Positions 8,948 through 17,964 of a DNA stretch of 64,000 nt are shown one piece after another. The translations under genes were made by a program, and so were the position numbers. A model generated the notes under the pieces. It made no database searches and had not been told where the DNA came from. It saw nothing but the letters and a program-made list of their open reading frames with translations. Position 1 is the first letter of the stretch. Each line of letters begins with the position of its first letter. Source of the DNA: an uncultured Gammaproteobacteria bacterium (GTDB taxonomy: Bacteria > Patescibacteriota > Microgenomatia > Daviesbacterales > UBA10151). The stretch covers positions 38,166-102,165 of the forward strand of contig CAZVEX010000004.1 in NCBI GenBank assembly GCA_964625535.1. Direction: 5' to 3'.

Positions 8948-9706
8948 TTGGCTAAGATGGTATTGATGGAACGGTTATCAAGAAGAACGCTTTTTAAATT
9001 AACAGCTGCAGGTACTATTTTAGGGGTAACTCTTCCTCACATTGCCCGTAACTATCTGGCTTTAGCATCAGTTGATGGTCAAATAGGCAGTTCCCCTAAA
9101 GAAGCTGACTTTGATGTGATAGCTACTTTAGGTGCAGGTAGTGCCAGGAAAAATAATAAAGTTGAAGCTGAACCTGATTTTGTGGGTAAAATGAGAGCAA
9201 TAGCGGCCGCAGAAGCATATAGACAAGGACTAGCTCCAAATCTGGTCTTTTTGGGAGGTAGGGTAGATCCTTTGTCTCCTTCTGCCGCAGAAGTGATGCA
9301 AACTTTCCTAAGAAGAAAATACCTGGTGGCAGAGGGAGCTTTTAGTCAAATACCCCCACCAGCGATAATTGTAGAGGAACGATCCCAACACACAGACACC
9401 AATATAATAGAGCTAGCCAGCTTGGCCAGAGAATATGAGTGGAGAAAAATTTTGCTTTTGACCAGCAGATATCACATGAGGGCTGCCTTGTATTTGGCAG
9501 AAAGTTTTGGTTTGAAGGTAACTCCTTTGCTGGCAGAAGATGTGTTATTGAGCAGAGACGGCCGTTTTGAACCAGTGATAGCCAGATTTAGCCATTCAGA
9601 GGAGTTGCAGGCCAGAAAAAGAAAAGAAATGCTGCGTCTAGCTTATTTAATGTTTGATCGCCAGGCAATTTTCCGCAGATTTTTGGCCCAGTATTTAGGG
9701 GTATGA
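8948..9706 (+). CDS. DUF218/YdcF (ElyC/SanA-like) family protein with a twin-arginine-like N-terminus
   Basis: RRTLFKLTAAG is a Tat-like signal. The DUF218 core is LVFLGGRV…ERSQHTDTNI…LLTSRYHMRAA. GC content looks elevated. Confidence 0.55.
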   Translation: MAKMVLMERLSRRTLFKLTAAGTILGVTLPHIARNYLALASVDGQIGSSPKEADFDVIATLGAGSARKNNKVEAEPDFVGKMRAIAAAEAYRQGLAPNLVFLGGRVDPLSPSAAEVMQTFLRRKYLVAEGAFSQIPPPAIIVEERSQHTDTNIIELASLAREYEWRKILLLTSRYHMRAALYLAESFGLKVTPLLAEDVLLSRDGRFEPVIARFSHSEELQARKRKEMLRLAYLMFDRQAIFRRFLAQYLGV

Positions 9707-9723
9707 TATAATCGGCTCAAATT

Positions 9724-10707
9724 ATGGCTGTTGAGGCAAAAGTTAAATGGGGTGCTGTTGGGTTAACTACTTTGACTTTGGCCGGAGGTGCAGTGTGGCT
9801 TCTTTACCCACCAAATGAGGGTATACCTCCAGCCCAAACTCACCCCGCAGCTCCAGTGGTTCCTACTCCATCGGAACAATCTGTTAACCAAAAACCAACT
9901 GTTCCGGCTACATATTTAACACTTCTTCGGCGAGCCTTACAAACTTTGGAACAAACAGGCAAGAAAGTCCCCGGTGAGACTGTGGTAGTGGCTGATTACA
10001 GAATGCCCATTGCCGATGTGGACGTTTTACATCTGGGAATGAATGCCCATCCCTTTGTTTCTTTAGGTTGGTATTATTTAAGACAGGAGCCAGCATTATT
10101 AGATGGCTATAGAAAAACAGTTGATGAGACAGCCTCCATTAGAAATGTCAGGCTGACTGAGGTGGAGGTAGAAACTTCTCTGGCCCCATTTATCATGGAT
10201 TGGGATAATTTTGCTTGGACTTTCAGTAAATATCTTGATAACGGTACTTGGTTTAGAAGAAGAATTCTTTATCTTCAAGCCACGGGCTATCAAGGCGAAG
10301 CTTCGGTTTTGCAGGCAAGATATGATTTTATGGGTAGTTTCCTGGGAGCTGATTTCTCCATCAAGGCTACTCCCAAAGAATTGAGAAGGTATCTGGTGAA
10401 CTCAATTGTAGAGGTGGAGGATGATGAGGAAAGCTATGACCCAAAAACCTTTGGGGTGTTATTAAGACCCAGCTCCAGGTCAGATAAAGATCCTAGCTGG
10501 CCTTATGTTAGAAATGGAGACTTGGTCAGAGTGCTGAAAGAACCTATCTTGGTGGTAGATGGAAAGAGGGAAGAAGCATATTGGGTGTATCAAGTGGAAG
10601 CAGGCTTTATTGAACAAAAATTTTGGATTCCTGATGTGCAAAGAAAAGGATACATGCCTGGGGATTATTTGGGGGCTGCCATTGCCACCCTTACTCCTTC
10701 ATCTTAA
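9724..10707 (+). CDS. Hypothetical membrane-anchored protein
   Basis: N-terminal TM helix followed by a proline-rich linker, then about 250 aa with no recognised motif. Compositionally similar to the preceding gene. Confidence 0.4.
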   Translation: MAVEAKVKWGAVGLTTLTLAGGAVWLLYPPNEGIPPAQTHPAAPVVPTPSEQSVNQKPTVPATYLTLLRRALQTLEQTGKKVPGETVVVADYRMPIADVDVLHLGMNAHPFVSLGWYYLRQEPALLDGYRKTVDETASIRNVRLTEVEVETSLAPFIMDWDNFAWTFSKYLDNGTWFRRRILYLQATGYQGEASVLQARYDFMGSFLGADFSIKATPKELRRYLVNSIVEVEDDEESYDPKTFGVLLRPSSRSDKDPSWPYVRNGDLVRVLKEPILVVDGKREEAYWVYQVEAGFIEQKFWIPDVQRKGYMPGDYLGAAIATLTPSS

Positions 10708-10858
10708 AACTAGATAAAACTTTAAAACCTATTTATTTTTCCAAAGTTCTAACGTTTGCTGTACTCCCAGAGGAGTTGGTTTTCTATCTACACTTTCCAT
10801 AGAGGGATTATACCAAAAAGGAGGTCCAACATCGTACACTGCGCATACCCTGAAAAAG

Positions 10859-10929
10859 CTGCGGGACATGGATTCGAACCATGATAGATAGCTCCAAAGG
10901 CTATCGTCCTACCATTAGACGATCCCGCA
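10859..10929 (-). tRNA. tRNA-Gln (anticodon TTG)
   Basis: Reverse complement TGCGGGATCGTCTAATGGTAGGACGATAGCCTTTGGAGCTATCTATCATGGTTCGAATCCATGTCCCGCAG. U1:A72 acceptor, short D-loop, anticodon loop CTTTGGA, T-loop TTCGAAT. CCA is not encoded. Confidence 0.8.
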
Positions 10930-10958
10930 ATATAAGTTTTTAGACAAATTAAAGTTTC

Positions 10959-11216
10959 TTAAACCAGGAAAACTTCTGTACCTACCTTAACCGCTTTTTC
11001 CACCTTCACCCCAAAAGAGTCTCCTTTTTTGACAGATTCCACGCTTTCATGGTCAACCTGCAGGCTTTCCACTTTTTGGCTAAACTCCTCCTCACCCCTT
11101 TTGAATTTAACCTCATCTCCCACTTTTAATCCACCCGATTCAAGATCAATAATAGCCACTCCCAGCTTGTCATAATAATGAACAACTTTGCCAATTGCTT
11201 TATCCAAAATTCTCAC
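10959..11216 (-). CDS. Small conserved hypothetical protein (EF-Tu domain 2-like beta-barrel)
   Basis: The 85-aa sequence MRILDKAIGKVVHYYDKLGVAIIDLESGGLKVGDEVKFKRGEEEFSQKVESLQVDHESV…VGTEVFLV matches a small protein family common in small-genome bacteria. Family assignment is from memory only. Confidence 0.45.
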   Translation of the reverse strand: MRILDKAIGKVVHYYDKLGVAIIDLESGGLKVGDEVKFKRGEEEFSQKVESLQVDHESVESVKKGDSFGVKVEKAVKVGTEVFLV

Positions 11217-11308
11217 CTCCCTCCAAAGCTATTATACCTTAAAATCATACAACATGTTCTATCTTGACATCCAAGATTGATTTGTGAGTACTATAAATAT
11301 GTAAGGAG

Positions 11309-11500
11309 GTGATGACTTTGAAACTGCTCGGATGGGTTTTGGCTTTGGGTGCAATTAATTGGGGACTTTACGCATTTAATCTGGATTTAGTGGCAACGCT
11401 TTTGGGTGGATCAAGTTCTTTGCTGGCAAGAGCCGTATATCTGGTGGTGGGAGCGGCAGGAGCGTATAAGCTCTATCTGTTGGTGTCTAAAAAGAAATAA
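11309..11500 (+). CDS. DUF378-family small membrane protein
   Basis: GAINWGLYAFNLDLVATLLGG…RAVYLVVGAAGAY is a DUF378 signature. It is preceded by a strong SD, AAGGAGGTG, at 11296-11304. Confidence 0.7.
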   Translation: MMTLKLLGWVLALGAINWGLYAFNLDLVATLLGGSSSLLARAVYLVVGAAGAYKLYLLVSKKK

Positions 11501-11551
11501 TCGGGTTAATAAGTTTTTAGTCAAAGAATAATTAAAGCTGGGAATTATTAA

Positions 11552-11582
11552 AATCCGGTCATTTTATTGACCGGATTTTTGT
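11552..11582. terminator. Bidirectional rho-independent terminator
   Basis: Perfect 10-bp stem AATCCGGTCA/TGACCGGATT with a 6-nt loop, followed by TTTTT on the + strand and an AT-rich run on the - strand. It lies between the 3' ends of the DUF378 gene (+) and tRNA-Gly (-). Confidence 0.55.
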
Positions 11583-11583
11583 G

Positions 11584-11658
11584 TGGAGCGGGCGATGGGA
11601 TTCGCACCCACGACCTTCTCGTTGGCAACGAGACATTCTACTGCTGAACTACGCCCGC
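11584..11658 (-). tRNA. tRNA-Gly (anticodon GCC), CCA encoded
   Basis: Reverse complement GCGGGCGTAGTTCAGCAGTAGAATGTCTCGTTGCCAACGAGAAGGTCGTGGGTGCGAATCCCATCGCCCGCTCCA. Anticodon loop TTGCCAA. Confidence 0.85.
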
Positions 11659-11684
11659 GCTTCGACTACGCTTAAGTGTCAACC

Positions 11685-11759
11685 GGTGCCGCAACCCAGA
11701 ATCGGACTGAGATAATCCGCTCTTCAAGCGGACGCCTTGACCACATTGGCAATTGCGGC
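11685..11759 (-). tRNA. Putative tRNA-Phe (anticodon GAA) with atypical D- and T-loops. Could be a pseudo-tRNA.
   Basis: Reverse complement GCCGCAATTGCCAATGTGGTCAAGGCGTCCGCTTGAAGAGCGGATTATCTCAGTCCGATTCTGGGTTGCGGCACC. Perfect 7-bp acceptor stem and 5-bp anticodon stem, anticodon loop TTGAAGA. The T-loop is TCCGATT (position 55 is C) and the D-arm is weak. Confidence 0.45.
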
Positions 11760-11775
11760 TCGATGATATTCTATA

Positions 11776-11979
11776 TTATTTCCTGAAAAAATTGAAGAGG
11801 AGAGTGAGAATTACTGAAGCCACAATTGCAGAAGTAAAGGGGATATAAATTTTCAAGTTTGGCCTGTTAATATAAACATCTCCGGGAATCCTGGGAAGAT
11901 TGGGCATGATATTAAAAATCAGCCCCAAAAGTAAAAATACCAGTCCTAAAAAAGAAAAAAGCTTACCAATATCGGGCAT
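11776..11979 (-). CDS. DUF2905-family small membrane protein
   Basis: LPRIPGDVYINRPNLKIYIPFTSAIVASVILTLLFNFF matches the DUF2905 pattern (LGRLPGDI.I…F.FPI.TS…S..LT). Confidence 0.55.
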   Translation of the reverse strand: MPDIGKLFSFLGLVFLLLGLIFNIMPNLPRIPGDVYINRPNLKIYIPFTSAIVASVILTLLFNFFRK

Positions 11980-12010
11980 ATATATTTTACCTCAATCAAA
12001 ATTCCTATAC

Positions 12011-12652
12011 CTATTTTATATACCTAACAGCAAAAGCGCCATCCCAACTAAGATACCTACTACAAGTCATACCCTGAGTCGCGCTGTTTTCCATCCCTAG
12101 AATGCCCATTTCGCATAAAATTGCTTCTTTGATATTTCTTCCATCCGAAGTAGAGCCGTTTTTATACTCACTACCTAACCAAACCCCACCTAGTACTAGG
12201 ACCCGTCTAATTTCAGATAAAGCAACCCTAATATCTGTCCAGCCTATAACACAATCTGTGCAGACTATATCGAAAGTATTTTCCCAGCGCCTTGGTAAAT
12301 ACTCTGCCAGTACGCCCGTAAAAACATGGACGTTTCTAGCTTTTAACTCATAATGAGAAGGTAACGGCACTAAAGAAGTCATCGTGAGATCCAATCTCTG
12401 ATCCCGATGAAATTCATCTAAAATCAATCTCATGGCTTGACCTTCTCCCCCTCCAATTTCTAATAATTTCAACGGTCCTTTTCTTATTCTTCTTGTCAAC
12501 TCCGGTCTTACAGCAGACGTTATTCTCATCCTGTTTGTTCTGTAAATTAAACCTGCAGCACCACTCATTAAATCTCTTTCACTAACAATCCTCTCTAAAA
12601 GATATTGCTTGTGTGAATCTTCACTGAACTTAACTCCCTCCAGAGGTATCAT
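12011..12652 (-). CDS. Class I SAM-dependent methyltransferase
   Basis: Motif I is LEIGGGEGQ, followed by an acidic residue and a hydrophobic stretch consistent with a Rossmann MTase. Substrate unknown. Confidence 0.55.
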   Translation of the reverse strand: MIPLEGVKFSEDSHKQYLLERIVSERDLMSGAAGLIYRTNRMRITSAVRPELTRRIRKGPLKLLEIGGGEGQAMRLILDEFHRDQRLDLTMTSLVPLPSHYELKARNVHVFTGVLAEYLPRRWENTFDIVCTDCVIGWTDIRVALSEIRRVLVLGGVWLGSEYKNGSTSDGRNIKEAILCEMGILGMENSATQGMTCSRYLSWDGAFAVRYIK

Positions 12653-12661
12653 ATTTGAATT

Positions 12662-14431
12662 TTATTTAACTGTCACGCTTTTGGCAATGTTGCGGGGTTT
12701 ATCTACATTATGGCCCAGCTCAACTGCCATGTAATAAGCCAAAAGCTGCAGGGGAATAATATTCATGATGGCAGAGGTTTCACCGGTATCCGAAGCAGGC
12801 AGATGGACATCAAAACTCGGGTGTGATTTGGGCGCAACGCCTATTACCCAAGCCCCTCTGGCTTTTACCTGATTAACCGCATTAAGCACATCATCTTTTG
12901 CTACATCCTCTGATACAGCCACAATAACCGGCACTTCTTTTTCCATTAAAGTAATAGCATAATGTTTCAAATCTCCTGCCGGAATACCGTGAGCATGAAT
13001 ATATGATCCTTCGATAATTTTGATCATGCCCTCTTTTATAATATTAAAATTTTGATATTTTCCCAGCAGGAAAATATCTTTTGCTCTAATTAGTCTTTTG
13101 GCAAGTTTTTTTAGGGTTTCGTGATTACTTTTTGTATTTAAATATTTTTCAATCTCGCCGGAGAGCAAAGTGAGGTTTTTCCTTCCCTCATTCTCTTTTC
13201 CGTTTGTTATCTTAGACAGTAAATATCCCCAAGCAATTTGCGAGGTAAAAACTTTGGTGGACATAACGCAAATTTCCGGGCCGGCACTGCTCATAAAGCG
13301 GAAATCAGACATTCTGGTCATGGTAGAACCCGGCATATTAACTAAAGAAGCAATTTTTACTTGCCTTTTTTTGGCAATTTCCAAAACTTCCAGCACATCG
13401 GCGGTTTCACCGGATTGCGAAGGAGCAATAATCAAATCATCTTTGGTTAATAAATCATAATATTCGTATATATCGGCTCCGATCACGCTTTGGGCGCGGA
13501 TTTTGGCAAAGACCCGCAGGTAAAAAGCAATTTGAGACGCAGCCACCCCGGCAGTACCTGAACCAATGGTGTAAATATTTTTGGCTTTTTTGATAGCCTT
13601 AATAAAGTTTTCAAATTGACCTTCTTCTCTCCTCTCAATCTGATTTATTACATAAGAGCTCTCATGAATTTCTTTAAGCATAAAATGGTCATAACCCTCT
13701 TTATCGACCTTGCTTGAGTGAAAATCGATCTTTTCAAGGTGGTATGGGAGACTCTTGCCGGATTTAATATCTATCACATTAAGTTTACCGTTATAATAAA
13801 CCATCTGGCCGTTATCTATCACCACAATTCTATCTACAAACGGAGCAAAAGATAGAGTGTCTGATGAGAAAAAAACTTCATTGCCTTTTACCCCCACCAC
13901 TAAAGGAGAGCCGTTTCTGGCAGCAATAATTTGATTATCTTTACTTAAAATAATTATTGTATTCCTGCCGGAAAGTTCCTGAAAGGTCAATCTAACCGCT
14001 TCTTTTAGATCCCTAGTTTTTTTTAGTTTTTCTTCAATCAATCTCACAATTACTTCTGTGTCTGTTTCTGTCTGAAATTTAAAACCTTTTTTCGCTAGGG
14101 CGCTTTTAAGTTCCTGGTAGTTTTCCACTATGCCGTTTTGGGCTAAACAGAAACTTTTATCAGAAGAAAAATGGGGATGGGCATTTATATCTGTAACTCC
14201 TCCATGCGTGGCCCAGCGGGTGTGGCCAATACCGATGTTGGAAGCTGGAAATTGGAAGCTGGAAGTCGCAAGCATATCTCCAATTGCTCCCACTTTTTTA
14301 TTGAGCCTGATCTCATCTGCTACTACGGCAATTCCCCATGAATCATAACCCCGGTATTCCAGCCTTTTTAAACCTTCCAGAATGACCTGGGAGGCATTTT
14401 TACTTCCCACATACCCAAAAATCCCACACAT
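12662..14431 (-). CDS. glmS: Glutamine--fructose-6-phosphate aminotransferase (isomerising)
   Basis: N-terminal MCGIFGY (Cys2 nucleophile). GHTRWATHG. Two SIS domains. 589 aa. Confidence 0.9.
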   Translation of the reverse strand: MCGIFGYVGSKNASQVILEGLKRLEYRGYDSWGIAVVADEIRLNKKVGAIGDMLATSSFQFPASNIGIGHTRWATHGGVTDINAHPHFSSDKSFCLAQNGIVENYQELKSALAKKGFKFQTETDTEVIVRLIEEKLKKTRDLKEAVRLTFQELSGRNTIIILSKDNQIIAARNGSPLVVGVKGNEVFFSSDTLSFAPFVDRIVVIDNGQMVYYNGKLNVIDIKSGKSLPYHLEKIDFHSSKVDKEGYDHFMLKEIHESSYVINQIERREEGQFENFIKAIKKAKNIYTIGSGTAGVAASQIAFYLRVFAKIRAQSVIGADIYEYYDLLTKDDLIIAPSQSGETADVLEVLEIAKKRQVKIASLVNMPGSTMTRMSDFRFMSSAGPEICVMSTKVFTSQIAWGYLLSKITNGKENEGRKNLTLLSGEIEKYLNTKSNHETLKKLAKRLIRAKDIFLLGKYQNFNIIKEGMIKIIEGSYIHAHGIPAGDLKHYAITLMEKEVPVIVAVSEDVAKDDVLNAVNQVKARGAWVIGVAPKSHPSFDVHLPASDTGETSAIMNIIPLQLLAYYMAVELGHNVDKPRNIAKSVTVK

Positions 14432-14472
14432 AATCCTAGGATTATATCATTTTTTCTGATAAACTATAATTT

Positions 14473-15387
14473 GTGAAAAGTTATGTTTTGGTGACAGGGT
14501 CGCTGGCATATGATGTAATCATGGATTTTCCGGGCCGCTTCGCCGATCATATTGATCCAACTAAAACTCACATCTTAAATCTTTCTTTTCTGGTTGACAG
14601 CCTAAAAAAGCAAAAAGGGGGAACTGCCGGCAACATTGCCTATAACCTGGCTCTTTTGGAGGTACCTGTAACCATTCTGGGGTCTGCCGGTCGGGATTTT
14701 AATGAATATTACGAGTTTCTGCAAAAAGCAGGGGTTGATGTTTCCAATATTAAGATTGTTAAAAATGAGCAAACCTCCCAGGCTTTTATCATTACTGACA
14801 AGGCTGATAACCAGATTACCTCTTTTTATCAGGGCAGCATGAAAAATAATTCTTCTCTAAAAATCTCCGATCTTTCCCAAAAAAGCGAATTTGCAGTCAT
14901 TTCCCCAAATGACCCCCTGGCCATGATTAATTTTGCTCTGGAGTGCAAAGAGCTTGATATTCCCTACATGTTTGATCCGGGCATGCAGCTTCCCAGATTA
15001 ACTGACCAGGATTTAATAACCGGGATCGCTGGAGCCAAAATACTGATTGGCAATGACTATGAAATAGGCATGATTAAAAAGCGTCTTAAGGTTGTCAAGA
15101 CGGAAATTTTGATTACCACTTTCGGAGAAAAAGGTTCCCTGATCCAAACCAAAGATCAAGCTGTCAAGGTCAAAGCGGCCAAGCCCGAAAGAGTGGTTGA
15201 CCCGACAGGTGCCGGAGACGCTTACAGGGCCGGTTTTTTATCAGGATATTTACAAGGTTTGGATTTAAAAGTATGCGGCCAAATGGGATCTCTGGCAGCT
15301 TGCTACAGTGTGGAAAAATATGGTACAACTACTCATAGCTTTACTCCAGAACAGTTTCAAAAAAGATACCAGGAAAATTATGGATAA
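14473..15387 (+). CDS. PfkB-family carbohydrate/nucleoside kinase (adenosine kinase-like), GTG start
   Basis: DPTGAGDAYRAGF is the PfkB signature 2 and GG dipeptide motifs are present. It sits directly upstream of ahcY, which suggests adenosine salvage. Confidence 0.7.
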   Translation: MKSYVLVTGSLAYDVIMDFPGRFADHIDPTKTHILNLSFLVDSLKKQKGGTAGNIAYNLALLEVPVTILGSAGRDFNEYYEFLQKAGVDVSNIKIVKNEQTSQAFIITDKADNQITSFYQGSMKNNSSLKISDLSQKSEFAVISPNDPLAMINFALECKELDIPYMFDPGMQLPRLTDQDLITGIAGAKILIGNDYEIGMIKKRLKVVKTEILITTFGEKGSLIQTKDQAVKVKAAKPERVVDPTGAGDAYRAGFLSGYLQGLDLKVCGQMGSLAACYSVEKYGTTTHSFTPEQFQKRYQENYG

Positions 15388-16606
15388 AGGTAAATTAAAA
15401 ATTAAATGGGCCGGCAGTCAAATGAAAGTGCTGGAGAAAATCAAAGAGCGTTTTGCCAAAGAAAAGCCACTTGAGGGAATCACTTTGGGAGCCTGTCTTC
15501 ATGTCACAGCCGAGACAGCCAATTTAATGCTAACTTTGCAATCAGGCGGGGCCAAACTGCTGCTTTGTGCATCCAACCCTTTGTCTACCCAGGATGCTGT
15601 TGCAGAATCGCTCAATAAAGATTTTGGCATCCCTACTTTTGCCAAAAAAGGGGAAGATCGGCAAACTTATTATCAACATCTTAATCAGGTACTTGATGGC
15701 CATCCTCAAGTGACTATGGATGACGGAGCAGACCTGATCACTCTTTTGCACACCGAGAGAAAATCGCAGCTTAAAGAAATTATCGGCTCCTCCGAAGAAA
15801 CCACCACCGGCGTGATCAGATTAAAAGCCATGAAAGAAAAAGGCGACTTAAAAATTCCGGTTATGGCAGTTAATGACAGTCAAACCAAACACCTGTTTGA
15901 CAACCGCTACGGCACAGGCCAGTCTACCATAGACGGGATAATAAGGGCCACCAATGTTCTTTTGGCCGGCAAGGTCTTTTTGGTTTGCGGTTACGGCTGG
16001 TGCGGTAGGGGGATAGCGGAACGAGCCAGGGGCATGGGAGCTCATGTCACTGTCACAGAGGTAAATCCGGTCAGAGCTCTGCAGGCAGTAATGGACGGAT
16101 TTGAAGTGGCATCTGTTTCCGAGGCTTGCCAAAAAGCAGATATCATAGTTACAGCCACAGGCAATAAAGGTGTTCTGGGCAAAGATTTATTTAAACTTTT
16201 AAAAGACGGGGTAATTATTTGCAATGCAGGGCATTTTAATGTGGAGTTTGATTATGAGACATTGGTGAAAATGGCTAAGGAAACCACTCAAGTTCGGGAG
16301 TTTCTAGAGGAACTGGTCATGCCCGATGGTAAAAAAATCTTTGTTTTGGGAGAGGGCAGGTTGATCAATCTGGTGGCGGCAGAAGGCCATCCACCTGATG
16401 TGATGGATCTCTCTTTTGCCAATCAGGCCCTGGCAGCCGAATTTTTTGTCAAAAACAAAGACAAGCTAAAAAATGACATCTACACCATACCGGAGGAGCA
16501 GGACCTGGAAATTGCCCGGCTCAAACTTGAGTCTATGGGAATCTCAATAGATCAACTGACCAAAGAACAAAAACACTACCTCTCCAGCTGGAATGAGGGA
16601 ACATAA
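15380..16606 (+). CDS. ahcY: Adenosylhomocysteinase
   Basis: VMAVNDSQTKHLFDNRYGTGQS, NAD-binding GYGWCGRG and HPPDVMDLSFANQALA. The listed ORF begins at 15308, but the conserved N-terminus starts at MDKGKLKIKW (15380), which overlaps the kinase stop. Confidence 0.9.
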   Translation: MDKGKLKIKWAGSQMKVLEKIKERFAKEKPLEGITLGACLHVTAETANLMLTLQSGGAKLLLCASNPLSTQDAVAESLNKDFGIPTFAKKGEDRQTYYQHLNQVLDGHPQVTMDDGADLITLLHTERKSQLKEIIGSSEETTTGVIRLKAMKEKGDLKIPVMAVNDSQTKHLFDNRYGTGQSTIDGIIRATNVLLAGKVFLVCGYGWCGRGIAERARGMGAHVTVTEVNPVRALQAVMDGFEVASVSEACQKADIIVTATGNKGVLGKDLFKLLKDGVIICNAGHFNVEFDYETLVKMAKETTQVREFLEELVMPDGKKIFVLGEGRLINLVAAEGHPPDVMDLSFANQALAAEFFVKNKDKLKNDIYTIPEEQDLEIARLKLESMGISIDQLTKEQKHYLSSWNEGT

Positions 16607-16610
16607 AATG

Positions 16611-16683
16611 TGGAGTCATGTGGATTCGAACCACAGACCTTCTCAGTGTAAATGAGACGCTCTACCAACTGAGCTATGACTCC
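16611..16683 (-). tRNA. tRNA-Val (anticodon TAC)
   Basis: Reverse complement GGAGTCATAGCTCAGTTGGTAGAGCGTCTCATTTACACTGAGAAGGTCTGTGGTTCGAATCCACATGACTCCA. Anticodon loop TTTACAC. Confidence 0.85.
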
Positions 16684-16688
16684 AAATG

Positions 16689-16772
16689 TGCCGGGGACAG
16701 GACTTGAACCTGCACGCTATTTCTAGCACTACCACCTCAAGGTAGCCTGTCTGCCAATTTCAGCACCCCGGC
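16689..16772 (-). tRNA. tRNA-Leu (anticodon GAG), type II long variable arm
   Basis: Reverse complement GCCGGGGTGCTGAAATTGGCAGACAGGCTACCTTGAGGTGGTAGTGCTAGAAATAGCGTGCAGGTTCAAGTCCTGTCCCCGGCA. Anticodon loop TTGAGGT. Confidence 0.8.
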
Positions 16773-16776
16773 ATCG

Positions 16777-16862
16777 GGTGCCCCAAGGGAGATTCGAACT
16801 CCCACGCCATTTCTGGCACTGACTTCTGAGGCCAGCCTGTCTACCAGTTCCAGCATCGGGGC
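16777..16862 (-). tRNA. tRNA-Leu (anticodon CAG), type II long variable arm
   Basis: Reverse complement GCCCCGATGCTGGAACTGGTAGACAGGCTGGCCTCAGAAGTCAGTGCCAGAAATGGCGTGGGAGTTCGAATCTCCCTTGGGGCACC. Anticodon loop CTCAGAA. Only 4 nt separate it from the preceding tRNA-Leu. Confidence 0.8.
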
Positions 16863-16931
16863 AAATTATCTCCTACATTTTACACCATTTGCCCAATCTT
16901 GTGGACTATGATAATCTTTAGGGAAATTATT

Positions 16932-17936
16932 ATGTACAAGCAGAAAATCGTCACTTTTGGCGGAGGCACCGGTCATTTTTCGCTCCTGCGCGGCCTAGTG
17001 GAGCTAAATCAACCCCAACTTATCACAGCCGTGGTGGGAACCTGGGATTCGGGTGGATCTTCCGGCAAACTTCGCACCGAACTGGGAATTTTGCCTCCCG
17101 GCGATATGCGCCAGTGTTTACTAGCCCTGATGGAAGATCCCATGCAGCGCCAGGTAGCCCAAAAACTTTTTGACGATCGCCTGGGGGATATTAGAGGCCC
17201 GCTCAAGGGACATAGCCTGGGAAACCTTATTGCCGCCCGTTTGGAGCAAACTTTCAGAGGACCTGACCGGGGAGTGGACGCGGAAAGGCTGCTTTTTCGC
17301 ATCAGAGCTAAAGTTTTGCCAGCAGCCCTTACCGATCTAAACTTAATTGCCAAACTGGAAACAGGTGAAGAAATTGAAGGAGAAACCAATATTGATCTGC
17401 GCGGTTTAGACCAAAATTACAACCCCAAGGACAAAATCATGAGAATTTATTTTGATTCCAATCCGGATCCCAACCCGGAAGTTATCAGGACCATCAAAGA
17501 AGCGGACAAGATCGTTTTCTCATCCGGAGATTTATACACCAGCCTTTTGCCTCATCTGTTAATTCAGGGCATCAAAGAAGCTATTATTTCATCCAAGGCC
17601 GCCATTATCCTGGTTCTTAATTTGATGACCAAAAAAGGGGAGACTGACTCTTTTAAGGCTTCCGGTTTCTTAAGGGCTTTTGCGACATATCTGGAAGATA
17701 AAGGTAGAATCAATTACCTGGTGGCCAACTCCAAATCCCTGCGGAGAGAAGTTTTGCGGGTTTACAAAAAAGAAGGTCAGGAGCCAGTTAAAATAGACGA
17801 TGATATTTGCCTTAAAATTTCCCCCAAATTAAAAATTATCAAGGCTCCGGTTGCTTCCTACTATATCAGGGAACACCTGCTGCGCCATGATCCGGAAAAA
17901 CTGGCCAAAGTCATTCTTGACCTTGACAAATCTTAA
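16932..17936 (+). CDS. YvcK/CofD-family protein (gluconeogenesis factor / UPF0052)
   Basis: IVTFGGGTGHFSLLRGL…GTWDSGGSSG…GHSLGNL matches the YvcK/CofD fold. The ORF could start at an upstream TTG (16899), but the conserved N-terminus begins at MYKQKIV. Confidence 0.75.
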   Translation: MYKQKIVTFGGGTGHFSLLRGLVELNQPQLITAVVGTWDSGGSSGKLRTELGILPPGDMRQCLLALMEDPMQRQVAQKLFDDRLGDIRGPLKGHSLGNLIAARLEQTFRGPDRGVDAERLLFRIRAKVLPAALTDLNLIAKLETGEEIEGETNIDLRGLDQNYNPKDKIMRIYFDSNPDPNPEVIRTIKEADKIVFSSGDLYTSLLPHLLIQGIKEAIISSKAAIILVLNLMTKKGETDSFKASGFLRAFATYLEDKGRINYLVANSKSLRREVLRVYKKEGQEPVKIDDDICLKISPKLKIIKAPVASYYIREHLLRHDPEKLAKVILDLDKS

Positions 17937-17964
17937 AATTTCAGTCTAAATATAAGGCGAGCAG

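Noticed and set aside
11296-11304. Strong Shine-Dalgarno (AAGGAGGTG) before the DUF378 gene as a separate regulatory feature
   Set aside because: It is real, but it is an ordinary RBS. It is notable only because several genes here appear to lack an SD, so it is mentioned under the gene rather than as a finding.
14225-14262. 13/14-bp direct repeat (ttggaagctggaa x2) inside glmS
   Set aside because: It is in-frame and encodes SSFQFPASN without lengthening GlmS relative to the conserved GHTRWATHG region. It looks like a coincidental codon-level repeat rather than an insertion or a slippage site.
15308-15379. Upstream extension of the ahcY ORF (MWKNMVQLLIALLQNSFKKDTRKI…)
   Set aside because: It overlaps the 3' end of the PfkB kinase by 80 bp. 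The conserved AhcY N-terminus starts at MDKGK (15380), which gives the usual short start/stop overlap.
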